Assembly: GCA_026770705.1 (NCBI GenBank)
Contig: JANJGN010000021.1
Location: 90,520,001 to 90,584,000, forward strand
DNA length: 64,000 nt
Source: Isurus oxyrinchus
Lineage: Eukaryota
Direction: 5' to 3'
Each line of letters opens with the position of its first letter. Positions within the stretch are counted from its first letter, which is position 1. Positions 52,583-64,000 of the stretch are shown one piece after another. A program made the position numbers and the translations under genes. Under the pieces are notes generated by a model. The model was not told the DNA's origin. It saw only the letters and a program-made list of their open reading frames with translations, and ran no database searches.

Positions 52583-53155
52583 ATACAAGAATGTTTTAGT
52601 TAAAACATTCAGTTCAATCTAAAATCAGTTGCAATGTTATACTACTGAGATGGGAAAGAATGGGACTGTAATAGAGATTAACTTGAGATAACAACAGAGG
52701 AAAATAAGTATTTATTTATGTTTTTAAAAAGAGTCCTCAATAATCCCCAAGGGCAGCTGAATATGGGGAACAAATAGTGGACTTGCGATCCACATTGACA
52801 TTCCTTGCAGAGTGAAATAGTAAAACGTTATTTTGTCGTTTCAGACAGGTTGTTTGCTAGTAATGTATATTCATCTCTCTCTTACATGCATTGTTATGTC
52901 GCACTCAATGTCTGGAATTTTATGGCCCCGTCACGGCGGGGACAGGGCCGCAAAATGCGGTGAACCCTTCTAAGCCCCTTTCACATCAGTGGGTATGCCA
53001 AATGGATGAACTTTTACATCTCGGATTCCAACACAAATTATGATGGGCGCCTCTAACCTCAGAGCTATTTTCTTTACAATTCTATGGCAACTGAAGCCAC
53101 AGTTAGAGTTGTCTATTTATTTTTGTGCACAAAAGTAAAATGCTATTTCTCATAG

Positions 53156-53173
53156 ACCCCAAGCCGCGGCAAG
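53156..53173 (+). CDS. 18-nt symmetric phase-1 micro-exon, (D)PKPRQ
   Basis: Acceptor tgctatttctcatag, strong donor AAG|gtaaga; retains CpG in an AT-rich context. Confidence 0.7.
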
Positions 53174-53289
53174 GTAAGAGGATTTTCATTTATTCAAATG
53201 TTTCCCCTCCTCTCAAGCTGGAATAACCTATGTAACCGCCAAATGTATATTTGGCTTCATTGGAAGTAGAACAGTTCACCCTACGGAAG

Positions 53290-54180
53290 AACGGTTACGT
53301 TGCCTGCAGAGAAAATATGTGACATAATGCTAGGTGGGAATGTGTGCTGACAGTAAGATGTAAAGCAGCTACAGGAAGATGCGGGCAGACTTAGTGAGTA
53401 GGCAAGATCCTGGCAGATGGAATATAATGTTGAAAAATGTGAGGTTATCCACTTTGGTAGAAGGAACAGATGTGTAGAGAATGGTAAGAAATTAAAAAGT
53501 GTAGATGAACAAATTGACATTGTCCATAAATCACTGACAGCTAACAGCAGGCATTTATGAATGCTATTGGAATGTTAGCATTTATGGCAAGAGGAATTGA
53601 GTACAGGAGCATTGAAACCTTCCTTCAATTTTATAAAGGCTTGGTTAGACTGCACCTGGAGTACTGTCTGTCGTTTGGGTCCTCTTACATCAGAAATTAT
53701 ATTTTTGCCTTAAAGGGAGCACAACGAAAGTTCACCAGACTTGTTCTGGGGATGGCGAGACTGGCTCCCGTAGAGAGATTGGAGGGACTGGGCCTGTGTT
53801 CACTCGAGTTTCGAAGAATAAGAAGTGATCTCAATGAAACCTACAAAATTCTTAATCGAACATAGAAAATAAATGCCGGTCAGATGTTTCCACTCGTTGG
53901 GGAGTCTATAAGCAGGTAACACAATTTATCTTAGGGCCAGGTTGAGAAGAAATTTCTTTATTGAGGATTGTGAACCTTTGGAGTTCTCTCCCTCAGTGGG
54001 CCGTGGAAGCTCAGTCATTAGTATGTTTAAGGTAGAGATTGATAGATTTCTGATTAACAATAATGTAAAGGGTTATGGGGATAGAGTGGGTAAAAGTCAC
54101 TAAAGTGTATGATCACCATGTTCGCAGTGAATGGCGGAGCAGGTTTGACCAGTTGAATGGCTTCCCCCTGTTCCCATTCC
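53290..54180 (+). mobile_element. CR1 3' fragment
   Basis: GMLAFMARGIEYRS..LVRLHLEYC..LGLCSLEFRRIRSDLNETYKIL. Confidence 0.92.
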
Positions 54181-54477
54181 ACTGAAACGTCATTGGGTTG
54201 TAATATCACTCTGCATTGGCATAAAAAGAGTGATATCGCTTTGGTCGTTCATTCAACATTTTATTTGACATTTCGTTCATTGTAAACGATGGAAATAAAA
54301 GAAAAATTGGATCCATGTTAAGCTTCAGGTTGGTGATATTTGATTTACGGCGTTACTGAAAATGAAAATGGGTGATTTTTGGTCGGTAAGGGCAATTGGA
54401 CAGTCAAACATTAGTGTCACTTAAGTCATAGGCATTTCACGAAAATATCGGTTTCATTCTTACTGTATTTTTGGAAA

Positions 54478-56945
54478 AAAAGCGATGTGCTGCCAAAGCA
54501 TTGCTCTTGCACTCATCAGGACAAGAATATTAATTTTATGTCGTGCACTGCACTGCACTCTGTTTCAAGTACTCAATTGCTTTAATATGTCGATTTCATT
54601 CTTTTCTGCCACTACATTGCCTCACCTGATGGTGACACCATGAACTATTCTGGCTTGAAATATGCCCACTCTGAAGCCTTATGTTGGAAGCTGTTTAGCT
54701 GTGCTATTAATGACATCAACAGACTCAAAGAAAATCTCTTTCTCCATGCACTCTCGAAAAGCGAGGAGTTTGTCCTTGTGGATGGCTTCAAACGTAGTGT
54801 GCCTGTGAGATATTTACTCAGTTCGAAATCCCCTACTATCTACTATTCCGTTAGAAACCAGCATCCAATGAAGAACCTGAGAAAGGATGTCAAGCTGATC
54901 TGGCACACGCAGATTTCGAGTGATGCAACGACTTTATCGATTTTAGCATGCAGGGCAAATGTCTTGTCGCTTTCCAAACTGGACGTGCATGTTTGGAAGG
55001 TCGAAAGAGGGAATGAAATAGTCAACATTAAAAAGCTGACATCACTGAAAAAATGCAGACCGTTCTTAATGACTAGCCCAAGTTCATATCGATTGGATGC
55101 ACGATAAGAATAACAGCGCAGTTCTTCTCGAAAAGAGGTTACCCACATGCTTGTTGGATTTGTGTAACAGTAAGGAGAAGTCTGTGGTGTATATGGTAAG
55201 ACTCGTCATCATGGCCCGCTCTGTCTACGTATGTATAGATCGCCCAAGACACACAGGAAAGAACGCTTTGAATTACACCATATCTAATCTATGATGGGCT
55301 CTGTACAGTATGAGCTTGCCAAATTGTGAACCACTTTCTACAACCAGTTCTGCGCAAGTGTGCCACAGACATAGTGAAGGATTCCCTCACCTTTGCGAAC
55401 ATTCACATCTTGAATGTGATAGTAATAGTGCGCCCACGTGGTCATTCGATATTTCTTGCCCATTCATTATTGTATCACTTAATAAGCACTTAGAAATTTG
55501 CATCATGTCACTGTATATGGCGATCTAGACGCGCCATCATTGCCTGAATCTGCATTCATTAAAGTTATCAGATCAGCACCTCATGCACTTTAGTTTAGTT
55601 TTATCCACATCCTGTAAGTCCAAATAGATGATGTTGTCATCGGATTCAGTCTAGGCCCACCTCTTGTTCAGATCTTCGACGTTGCTATGAGCTACGAGTT
55701 TTCGATGGAATGGCTCCTAACATTTATCACCTGCACATTTGTACAATTTTGAAGGTAACTGTGAAACTACAGCTGCATACAAGAATTTCCTTACGCACCT
55801 TAATGGGCCCCATCTTGCACACAAATTCACCTTTGAAAATGAGCATTTAAAGTAGCTCACTTCCCACAATGTGCTAGTTGAGAAATCCGTCAATGGCCTT
55901 TATTGGTCGATATACGTCTCAGGATGCCTAGAGCTCCACGTTTTAAATATTGGCCTCATTGGAAAGCTAGTAAATAGATACCAAACAGTTTGCTCACCAT
56001 GCTAGTTTGATGCCAAATTAGGGTTCATCAAAGCTACCAGGTGGGATTATGTCTAGCCCACTAGGATCATTGTTCATGACGTATCGCAAAAACTCGTTGA
56101 TATGCTTGTGACGGCAACTTAATATCCTTGAAAGTATCCAGTCTACCTCTGTTATCCTGCAAGTGAAATATTTCTTAAAATTTGAGGAATAGGTGAAACT
56201 AACTGTCTCACATACTATGAAGTAGAAACACTAGTGATACTCTCCACTGACAGGAAGTTGTCGTCAAGCCCAAAATTACGCTCCTCCAACCACACGAATA
56301 TTTATTGTGGTATTTGAACTTCATTAACATTGTGATACCAGGAATGCAGATTTACATCACATCAACTGGTGGATCATATCAAATATCACGTCATTTTGGC
56401 TCTTTGCGACAGGAAAAACACTGAAATTGCTCAACCAAACCATGTTTATACAACCCAAAACATATTGTCCAACATTAGGTGTGGTTGTGCAATTGGAGAG
56501 CACTTGCTAAACTTTCTCATTTGTGCTCCTAATTGCACTAACATAAATAATGATGGATTGGCAGTGTGGCTCACAGACATGTGATATAAGTTATTTAAAT
56601 TCACACACTCTGCCCTTTGCAAATAAAAGCAAAATATCCACGAATTGTTCATTTTCCAGTAAAAACAAATTTGAGGAAGAGCGGCTCCCTGGTAATGCCC
56701 TCATGGTAATGCTTGGCCAATCAGTGTCGATAGCCTGGTTTCTACTTAAACAAAACATTGCCGTTAAATCTTTTCTGGTATATTCTGCATACCAGTCCCT
56801 CTACTAATCGGAATTTACTTACCAACCCCATAACTCTCTTCTCGTGCAGAGTAAATGTTGTTCCCTTTAGGAGTTGATATTCTTCAGCCAGTCGTCATGA
56901 GTGCAGTATGAAAGGCTTATGCTGAACATCTCCTTTATTCAACAA
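54478..56945 (+). mobile_element. Near-complete decayed Penelope-like element with inverted 5' terminal repeat
   Basis: LSKSEEFVL N-terminal region; SFDIS; QIDDVVIGFSLGP; FTFE; GIY-YIG-region AIGEHLLN; 54480-54528 is an inverted copy of 56880-56945. Confidence 0.85.
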
Positions 56946-57853
56946 TGCTGAAGCACTTAGTGTGCTTTTTCAAGAAGCTTCGTGTGCAATTGCAGGAAAT
57001 GGAAAACATCCGTGGAAAATTTGGTAGGCTGTTAAGATAATCTGCTCACGTTTTCCAATTAATTTTAAATCACTGCATTTAAAAGTAAATCAGATGGTTA
57101 ATAATTGGGCTCGAAGTTGTCCAGAGAGTCCCGCAGGCAGCTGTACATTCTATTCAATTTTGCTTTCCATTGACTTCATTCGAATATTTGTCTACGTTGA
57201 CATACAAAAGAAGTACTGGGCGCGCTTTACATTACAACATCTGGAGGAAGTAATGGCCTTGAATACCATTCACTTACTAAAGAGGTGAAGATGATACCAG
57301 CCGAATGCATGGCACCGTAGATTCATGAATGTACTCACCAAAGTATATAATACAAATCAGCACAGGAGAAGGAATATCTCATCACCTCAAGTGAAAAGCT
57401 GCAAGCAACACAACCAAACCTTTACTCTTTAATTCTGTCTTCCACAACAGACTTTCCTGTCCTGCAGGCTTTGAAATTTGAAAGAATGTCATTATTTATT
57501 TTTTACGCAATCTAAAGCTCATTGCCTACATACGAGCAATTTAACGCATTTTAAACTAATTTCAGATTTTCGTTGCCGTCTCTCATAGATGCATTCTAAT
57601 AATCAATTCAAAACTTATTTTGATTAATTAAAAACAAGTTTCAAACTGTGCAGTTGATATGAAGTGAATTGTTGGGATTTAGCTAAGTTTAGAAGTTTGA
57701 TTTGCTTTCGAATATTTTTTCTTGAATTGTCGAACACAGAATGGTTAAGAAACTTTGGTGTGGAAACTTACATCACCCAGCACGAACATAAAATTAGAAA
57801 CAGATCAAGGCGGGGCTGAAATTTCATGGCATGTTTTCATCTTTATAATTCAG

Positions 57854-57922
57854 AGGAAAAACAACCAGGAACATCTTCCCAAATAGTTCCTGAATCTGTA
57901 CTTGTTGAAACTGCGAAGACAG
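57854..57922 (+). CDS. Candidate 69-nt phase-1 exon, (E)EKQPGTSSQIVPESVLVETAKT
   Basis: Acceptor ttttcatctttataattcag; 23 open codons; donor CAG|gttccc is weak. Confidence 0.45.
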
Positions 57923-58059
57923 GTTCCCATAAATTGTTGGTAGTCAAGCTTCCCAAATAGCATTTAAGAAATGTAGATAAATAGACTTAAGATACTGCTC
58001 AACCAAGATACAATTGCATGTTCTGCAGTAATAATAACTGTTTGTTTTACAATTGCAAG

Positions 58060-58077
58060 GAACAGGTGGCTCTCCTG
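58060..58077 (+). CDS. 18-nt symmetric phase-1 micro-exon, (G)TGGSP
   Basis: Acceptor tttgttttacaattgcaag, strong donor CTG|gtgagt. Confidence 0.65.
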
Positions 58078-58279
58078 GTGAGTATATACACAGAAAAGGA
58101 AAGAAAAGAGAAGGAACACTGTAACTTTCAGCATTGGATAGCCATCGAAACATGTGTAATAGATACTGTCACACAGTCCTGTGTACCAAGAGTCCCCAAT
58201 AGTCAGAGCCTTTCCTCATTTATTTTCTGGCACTAAAGTGAGCTTGAAAGCGTAACATGCCCAGCTTTACCTTGCTCTG

Positions 58280-58400
58280 TATCTCTCTTTCTTTCTTTTG
58301 TTCTTTCTTTCATTCATTCTTTATTCTTTCTTTCTTTCTTTCCTTATGTTGTTCCTTTCTTTCTCTCTTCCCTTGTGTTGTTCCTTTCTTCCTTTCTGGC
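58280..58400. repeat. (CTTT)n-type pyrimidine low-complexity repeat
   Basis: Direct reading; includes duplicated cctt(a/g)tgttgttcctttctt. Confidence 0.85.
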
Positions 58401-58864
58401 TATCTTCATAATATGTCTTTAGAATATAAATAGTCCTCCTGTAATTGGAGGCTTGGTCTTATGAAGCTGAACGTATTCTTCTCTGTGCTATATATAATTT
58501 GCATGTAATGCTGTGTAAATAGATCAAAGCAGTCTTATTGAAAACAAAAATCATAATGGTAAACAGTGACTCCACATAGTGACTTTATAGTTTAAATTTT
58601 ACTATTATCAGTCATTTCAAAATTCCATTCAATTAAAAAACTTAAGTGTAATGCTAGATTTTAGTTATAGTAGGTTATTACACATTTCGAGCTTACATTT
58701 ATTCCCCCTAGTGGAAGGCTAGTTACACTGATAGATACCCTGCTCAGACTAATTTAGTGTTCTGTGTACATTTCCAAGTGCCCTCAGCAATGATTTATTG
58801 ATTTTGGATAAGGTGCAGTTTAGATTTGTCAGAGCGATACATGTGTAAACACACTGTAATTATG

Positions 58865-59230
58865 ATGAAAGTTGTGTAGACTAGGCTTGCGATCCCTTGA
58901 GCATAAAAGACACTGAGGCAATCTATTTGATTCGTTTGATAAAATGACTTTGTCAGTCTAGATAGAGGGAACGTAAAAGGTTCCCTCTGTTGGGGGAACT
59001 CAGCTCAAGTTTGCACATCTTAAAATTAGATTCGGGCCACTCAGGGGTCTTTTAAGGAAGAACTTAGTCACAAGCCTCTTGAGAATATGGAAAGCTCTTC
59101 CCATAATATATCTGCAAGTAGCTCAATTGACAAGTTCAAAATTCAAATTAATAGGTTTTTTGTTCAGGCGCACTATGAAGAGTCACAGAAACATATTTCA
59201 ATGAATGGATGACATAATCCTATGACTACA
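58865..59230 (+). mobile_element. Old CR1 3' fragment
   Basis: tagactaggcttgcgatcccttgag (RLGL-SLE motif) and ttccctctgttgggggaactc. Confidence 0.55.
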
Positions 59231-60429
59231 GAACCTATCCTGTACACATGTACAGTGCTTCCTATTTTCACAAAATATCCCACCTTATTCAGGCCAGGAT
59301 TTGGCATGTATTCCCGAAAATCTAACTAAATAACAGCCCGACATACTTTACCCACTTGTGGCAATCATGCTTCTAAAATCATCAGGATGCTGCCATTACT
59401 TTTGCTGGAACCATTTGTCTCGTGTTCTGGGAAGTGAGGCAGTGCGGCAGCTTGAATCAACGGCAGAAAAATATAAATTTAAGCTGCATGTTTCTCAAAT
59501 TCAATGCAATATCTGTTGCGTGATGGTCTAAGAGGAACACAAATGTAAGTGCTTATTTTGTTTGTTCTGGAGCTATGGGGAGCTGGAGAGCCCCGCGAGA
59601 GTGTCCCAGATAAACTTTGTCTGTCATGATGCTTCCCATCTTCCTGAGTTCGACCAGAAACCCAAAACATTTTCTTCAGGCTGGAAAATAGTTGCACTGT
59701 TCTAAAGTAACAGAGAGCTAACTGAGATTATGATGCAATATATCAATGATTACAAGAATGCCCTGCTAAAACTACATAATATTCATCATCTCCAGGCATG
59801 CCCCAGCCTGTTTTCTCCTGCAACCCTTATCAGCTTTTATCTACTGACAATTAAAATGTATCTAACGCCTTGCCTGGCATATTCTGTTTCATAAAATTCA
59901 ACCAGTGCAAACTCCACTGGCAGTTTTCAATCCCGCCCGCCTTATTGTCCAACCGTTATTCCATTCACTGCTTATTTTTTTTCTCCCAGCCGCCCAAATT
60001 TTCCATTTGAAATTGACAAACTTGTGTTTAACTCCCATCAAGACTTGGCCTTTCTCTGTCACTGTTACAGCCATCTCGACATCTTAATTGTCATAACTTT
60101 CCAAGAAAATGTCTCGAGACTAGTCAGATCTCCAGATTTTTTTTAACATCAGCATTTTCGTCCTGCCTTCAGCCATTTGGGTCATTTAATCTGGAATCTT
60201 GTCGCTGATTTACGTCAACGAAAAATAAAATCAAAGACTATTGTAAAATTCGCTGCCGATTGTGTTAACATGCGTTCTAAACGCGGGATCAACGCGAATA
60301 TGAACCCGTTGTATCTTTATGCACAAAAAATAGTTTCTCACAGCTGCACTATAATCCAGGAACATAATAAACAATAAGTGGCAAAGGTCAATTGACAATT
60401 TCGCCCTTCTCCATATTTAAGTAATCATG

Positions 60430-61275
60430 GGTGGACGTGTACATCAACTCTGCTCCCCACATGAGCCCCGTATCTCTTAGTTGCCGATACCATCAACCGC
60501 CATGAATGTAGTCAACAACTGCGTGTCCAGAAATATCTGGGGTAGAAAACTGCGAATATTCAGAGATTTCCCTGCGTTGCAGCTATAATTGAGAAGCAAC
60601 AAATCCGGAGTCTATGTCCATAATTTCCATTCTTCCCAGTCCCTGAAAAACTATTCTCTGGATCACTTTTCTAAAACCACTTAAGAATGCTATGTACTTC
60701 CAATGAAATCAACTCTTTGTCTTATAAATTCCCTAAAAAATATTTTCCTCGAAGGATAATTGCGTAAACCCCGGAATAGTGTAATGAAAATTCTTCCCCA
60801 GAACCCCATCCTCTCCCTTAGTTAAGGAGGCGAAATTATGTACATGGTATGCCAGCTATGCTCTCACCAATATCTGGATAATTTTAGTGAGAAGTCTTCA
60901 TTCTCAATCTCCGATCCATTTGTGAGAAAATCTATTACAACATTGGCCTTACTATTGGGTTTCTGCACCTGCATATTGTACTTATTTCATTCATGTACAT
61001 GGACATCTTACAGATCGCATTTCCCTTTGAATTAACAAAGTGGTACTTTCAAAATCTTTTGCAGCTACTGCAAATTTCTTTGAAAGAATTCATTTCTAAT
61101 TTAAAGACAGGACAATGCTCGGAAATATTTCCAATCTCGAATCCTTCAAAAGGTTCTCTATTTTCTTCTCATTTACTTCATACCAAAATGGAAACTTTCA
61201 CAGCATGTCAGATTTTGTTCCATCTGCCACGTTTTCTTGCACTCACCCAACCCCGTTATATCCCCCTGCAGTCTC
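60430..61275 (-). mobile_element. Old CR1 3' fragment
   Basis: attacaacattggccttactattgg..tcatgtacatggacatc parallels 7750-7945. Confidence 0.55.
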
Positions 61276-62089
61276 TGTAAGTTCTCTCCATGTGGCCAAC
61301 TGATACTGATGTTAATTACAGCCATTAGTTACAGCATTGCATTCCGAAAATTTTCAATTTATTCTGAAACGCTGGTTACAGTCAATTCACCAATCCTAAT
61401 TGCAAGCTAATATTTTACTGCAGACACCAACTGTTGAATAAATGGGTTCAATAATCTCTTGTAGCATATTACCGCTTGACTCTTAAATTAAACAATTACA
61501 TCTACTTCTGCTCCCTATCCTTCCGACTGGTCACATCATCAATAAACATAACAGAAATTTCAAACATTTCATAAACATTTGATGACTTCCATTTTAAGAT
61601 TTTCTGAGTGTTCTGTTACCAATACCGTAATATTGCTGAAATAAATTGCTGAAGATTTTTGTCTTGAACCTCATTGGCGAACGCAGTAAAACATTTCAAA
61701 TGATCAATGCCGATGCACTGCCAGGAATGTAGGCCAATGATTTGCTGATCCAATGCAGCAGCATGTTCCTTTCATTATGTGTAGTAGGCAGAACACGGAC
61801 AATACTGAAAAAGACCACGCTTGAAAGACTCAAGGCAGCACAGCATTGTCTCATTGAAGATTTCTTATTGTTCTAATAGATACACTAATAACCAATTTAA
61901 GATTTAAGTTTTGCACGTAACATGATACATTTACAGTTGCGAGAAGATTTATACATACGTACAGAGGGACCCGTTCTCTGTAAATAAAATACTTTTTTCC
62001 ATTCTTGCACTTTTTGTTTAATTATCAGGGAGCTGGCATGCGTATTGCAATTCTTCTCATGACAAGGCCTGAGCACTCAGTGTTGACAC

Positions 62090-62850
62090 AACAGAATCCA
62101 ATAATCACTGAATCATAGTTCAGGAGAAGCCATTCGGCCCATCGAGCCTGTACAGACACGTGAGAAACACCTGACCTACCTACCTTATCCCATTTACCAG
62201 CACTTGGCCCATAACCATGATGTAATGACGTGCCAAGTGCTCATCCAGGTACTTTTTTAAACGACCCGAGGCAACCTGCCTCCAGCACCCTCCCAGGCAG
62301 TGCATTCCAGACCGTCACCACACTCTGAGTAAAAAGGTTTTTCCTCACCTACCCCCTAAACCTCCTGCCCTTCATTTGAACTTATGCCCCTTTGTGACTG
62401 ACCCTACAACTAATGGGAACAGCTGCTACCTATCCACCCTGTCCATGCCCTTCATAATCTTGTACACCTCGATCAGGTCGCCCCTAAGTCTTCTCTGCTC
62501 CAACGAAAACAACCCAAGTCTATCCAACCTTTCTTCATAACTTAAATATTTCATCACAGGAAACATCCTGATGAGTCTCCTCTGCAGCCCCTCGAGTGCA
62601 ATCACGTACTTCATTTAACGTGGCAGCGAGGACTCCAGCTGTAGCCTCACTAATGTTATATATAACTCCAATATGACCTCCGTTCTTATGCAATCTATGC
62701 CTCGATTGATGATGGAAATTGTCTCATATGCCTTTTTCACTATCCCACTAAAATGCCCCTCTGCCTTCAGAGATCCATGGACACACACGCCAAGCCCTTT
62801 TTTCATCAGAACTTCCTACTGTCATGCTGTTCATTGAATATTTCCTTGTC
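62090..62850 (-). mobile_element. Relatively young CR1 3' fragment
   Basis: ALEGLQRRLIRMFP..LSYEERLDRLGLFSLEQRRLRGDLIEVYKIM; intact 3' UTR ccattcggcccatcgagcctg. Confidence 0.93.
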
Positions 62851-63086
62851 AAATTAACAATCAATGGCAACACTCATCTCCTGCAGTAAAAATTGCTGTG
62901 ATTTTTTGAAATGTTTCATTCTTGTGATTGCCCTGATGAAGGCAATACCAAAATTTTCGGTAACATTTCTCCCATTCCACGAATGTTCAAACTCTCAATT
63001 AACACCTTATATTATTTGACCTACCACTGCTTTGAGTCTAAAGGGACTGTAGTTAGTTTTTTTTCTCTCTCTATCTTCACCTTTAG

Positions 63087-63116
63087 TTGCAAGTAGCTGG
63101 GCAATAAAAACTGAAA
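63087..63116 (+). CDS. Candidate 30-nt phase-1 micro-exon, (V)ASSWAIKTE
   Basis: Long pyrimidine tract ttttttctctctctatcttcacctttag, donor AAA|gtgaga; open frame. Confidence 0.45.
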
Positions 63117-63316
63117 GTGAGAAGCTCCAATACCTCTGCAGTTAACTCGTTTGTACTCAATGCACACATTTCGTCTGAGCTAGAATATGTGTCACCTCTT
63201 ATCCTTAAATCAACTAATTTCACTTAAGCTCTTCAGTACAGTGCCTCTTTACATACTATTGTTGATCCTTGTATTTTCTTGATTAACATTCAATGTTTGG
63301 TTTTCCGTTAACAAAG

Positions 63317-63334
63317 TAGCAAATTCGCAGAATG
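63317..63334 (+). CDS. 18-nt (or 15-nt via AAG/TAG tandem acceptor) phase-1 micro-exon, xANSQN
   Basis: Acceptor ttttccgttaacaaag(tag), donor ATG|gtgaga; open frame. Confidence 0.6.
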
Positions 63335-63384
63335 GTGAGAGCGCAGAAATAAGTGGCCCATTGTTTCAATACTAATTTTCTGAA

Positions 63385-64000
63385 GGAGCTGCTTACTTAG
63401 TGCCACTACGCGACCTTCTCCTGCTTGCCCGTCACATTCGTCCTTTTCAGGTAATAATCCAATTGCCTCTTAAATGCCTCGATTGTACGTGCCAACAGCG
63501 CACTACAATGAAGTGCATAGAAGATCCCAATCACTTGCTGTGTGAAAAATATGTTCATGTTTCTATTACTTATTTTGCCAAATAACGTAATGTTGTTCCT
63601 TCTCTTCTCGATTACATCATAAATGTAAAATGTTTTCCACTTTCTGCTATATCCCTACATGTCTTGATTTCGAAACACTACTATGAATATAGATTTAACC
63701 TCATCCTCTCCAAACATGACATCCCCTGCTTTTCCAATTCATCTATATACCTGAAATTTCTCATTGTTGGAACCATCTTCGTCACTCTTTCTCCTCACTA
63801 TTATGCCTCCATGTTCTTCCTATAATGTGGCCCCCAGAATAGGACATTGTATTCCAATTGAGACCAAGCCCGCGAATATAAAAAATTATCATAACTTCCT
63901 AGCTCTTGCAATCAATACCCTTATTAGGAAAACTGCTCAGGCTGCATGGTTTATTAACCAATCTCCCAGCCTCTCCTGACAACATTAATAACATAGGCAC
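63385..64000 (-). mobile_element. Old CR1 3' fragment running off the window
   Basis: ttcttcctataatgtggcccccagaataggacattgtattcca (EYNVLFWGPHYRK on the minus strand). Confidence 0.65.

Noticed and set aside
54640-55107. 155-aa ORF
   Set aside because: Frameshifted remnant of the Penelope ORF N-terminus
4970-63334. Naming the micro-exon gene (triadin, butyrophilin/BG-like, TSBP1)
   Set aside because: Only the exon architecture matches; no diagnostic Ig, transmembrane, B30.2 or KEKE-rich sequence is visible in the window

Overview
This window is eukaryotic DNA, most likely from a cartilaginous fish (shark or ray). That assignment is inferred from the repeat families present: CR1 LINEs, a Deu-domain SINE, Penelope-like elements and RTE. 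No long ORF is intact, and most ORF-track entries are decayed retroelement fragments or noise. Much of the window is decayed CR1/L2-type LINEs, RTE fragments, three Penelope-like elements, hammerhead-ribozyme-type short repeats and GGGCC-terminated non-autonomous elements. Between the repeats, on the + strand, I find a chain of 8 well-supported and about 6 weaker micro-exons of 18-69 nt. All are multiples of 3, phase 1-1 and stop-free. Spliced together they give a coiled-coil-like peptide (EIKSLKTALKHAEEKLRQKGEELDEELRTD...ELETLRSSFQVTEENKHHENN) followed by short polar modules. The window therefore looks like the interior of a large micro-exon gene whose identity cannot be fixed from this sequence. 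Exons were found by manual inspection without transcript evidence, and repeat boundaries are approximate.
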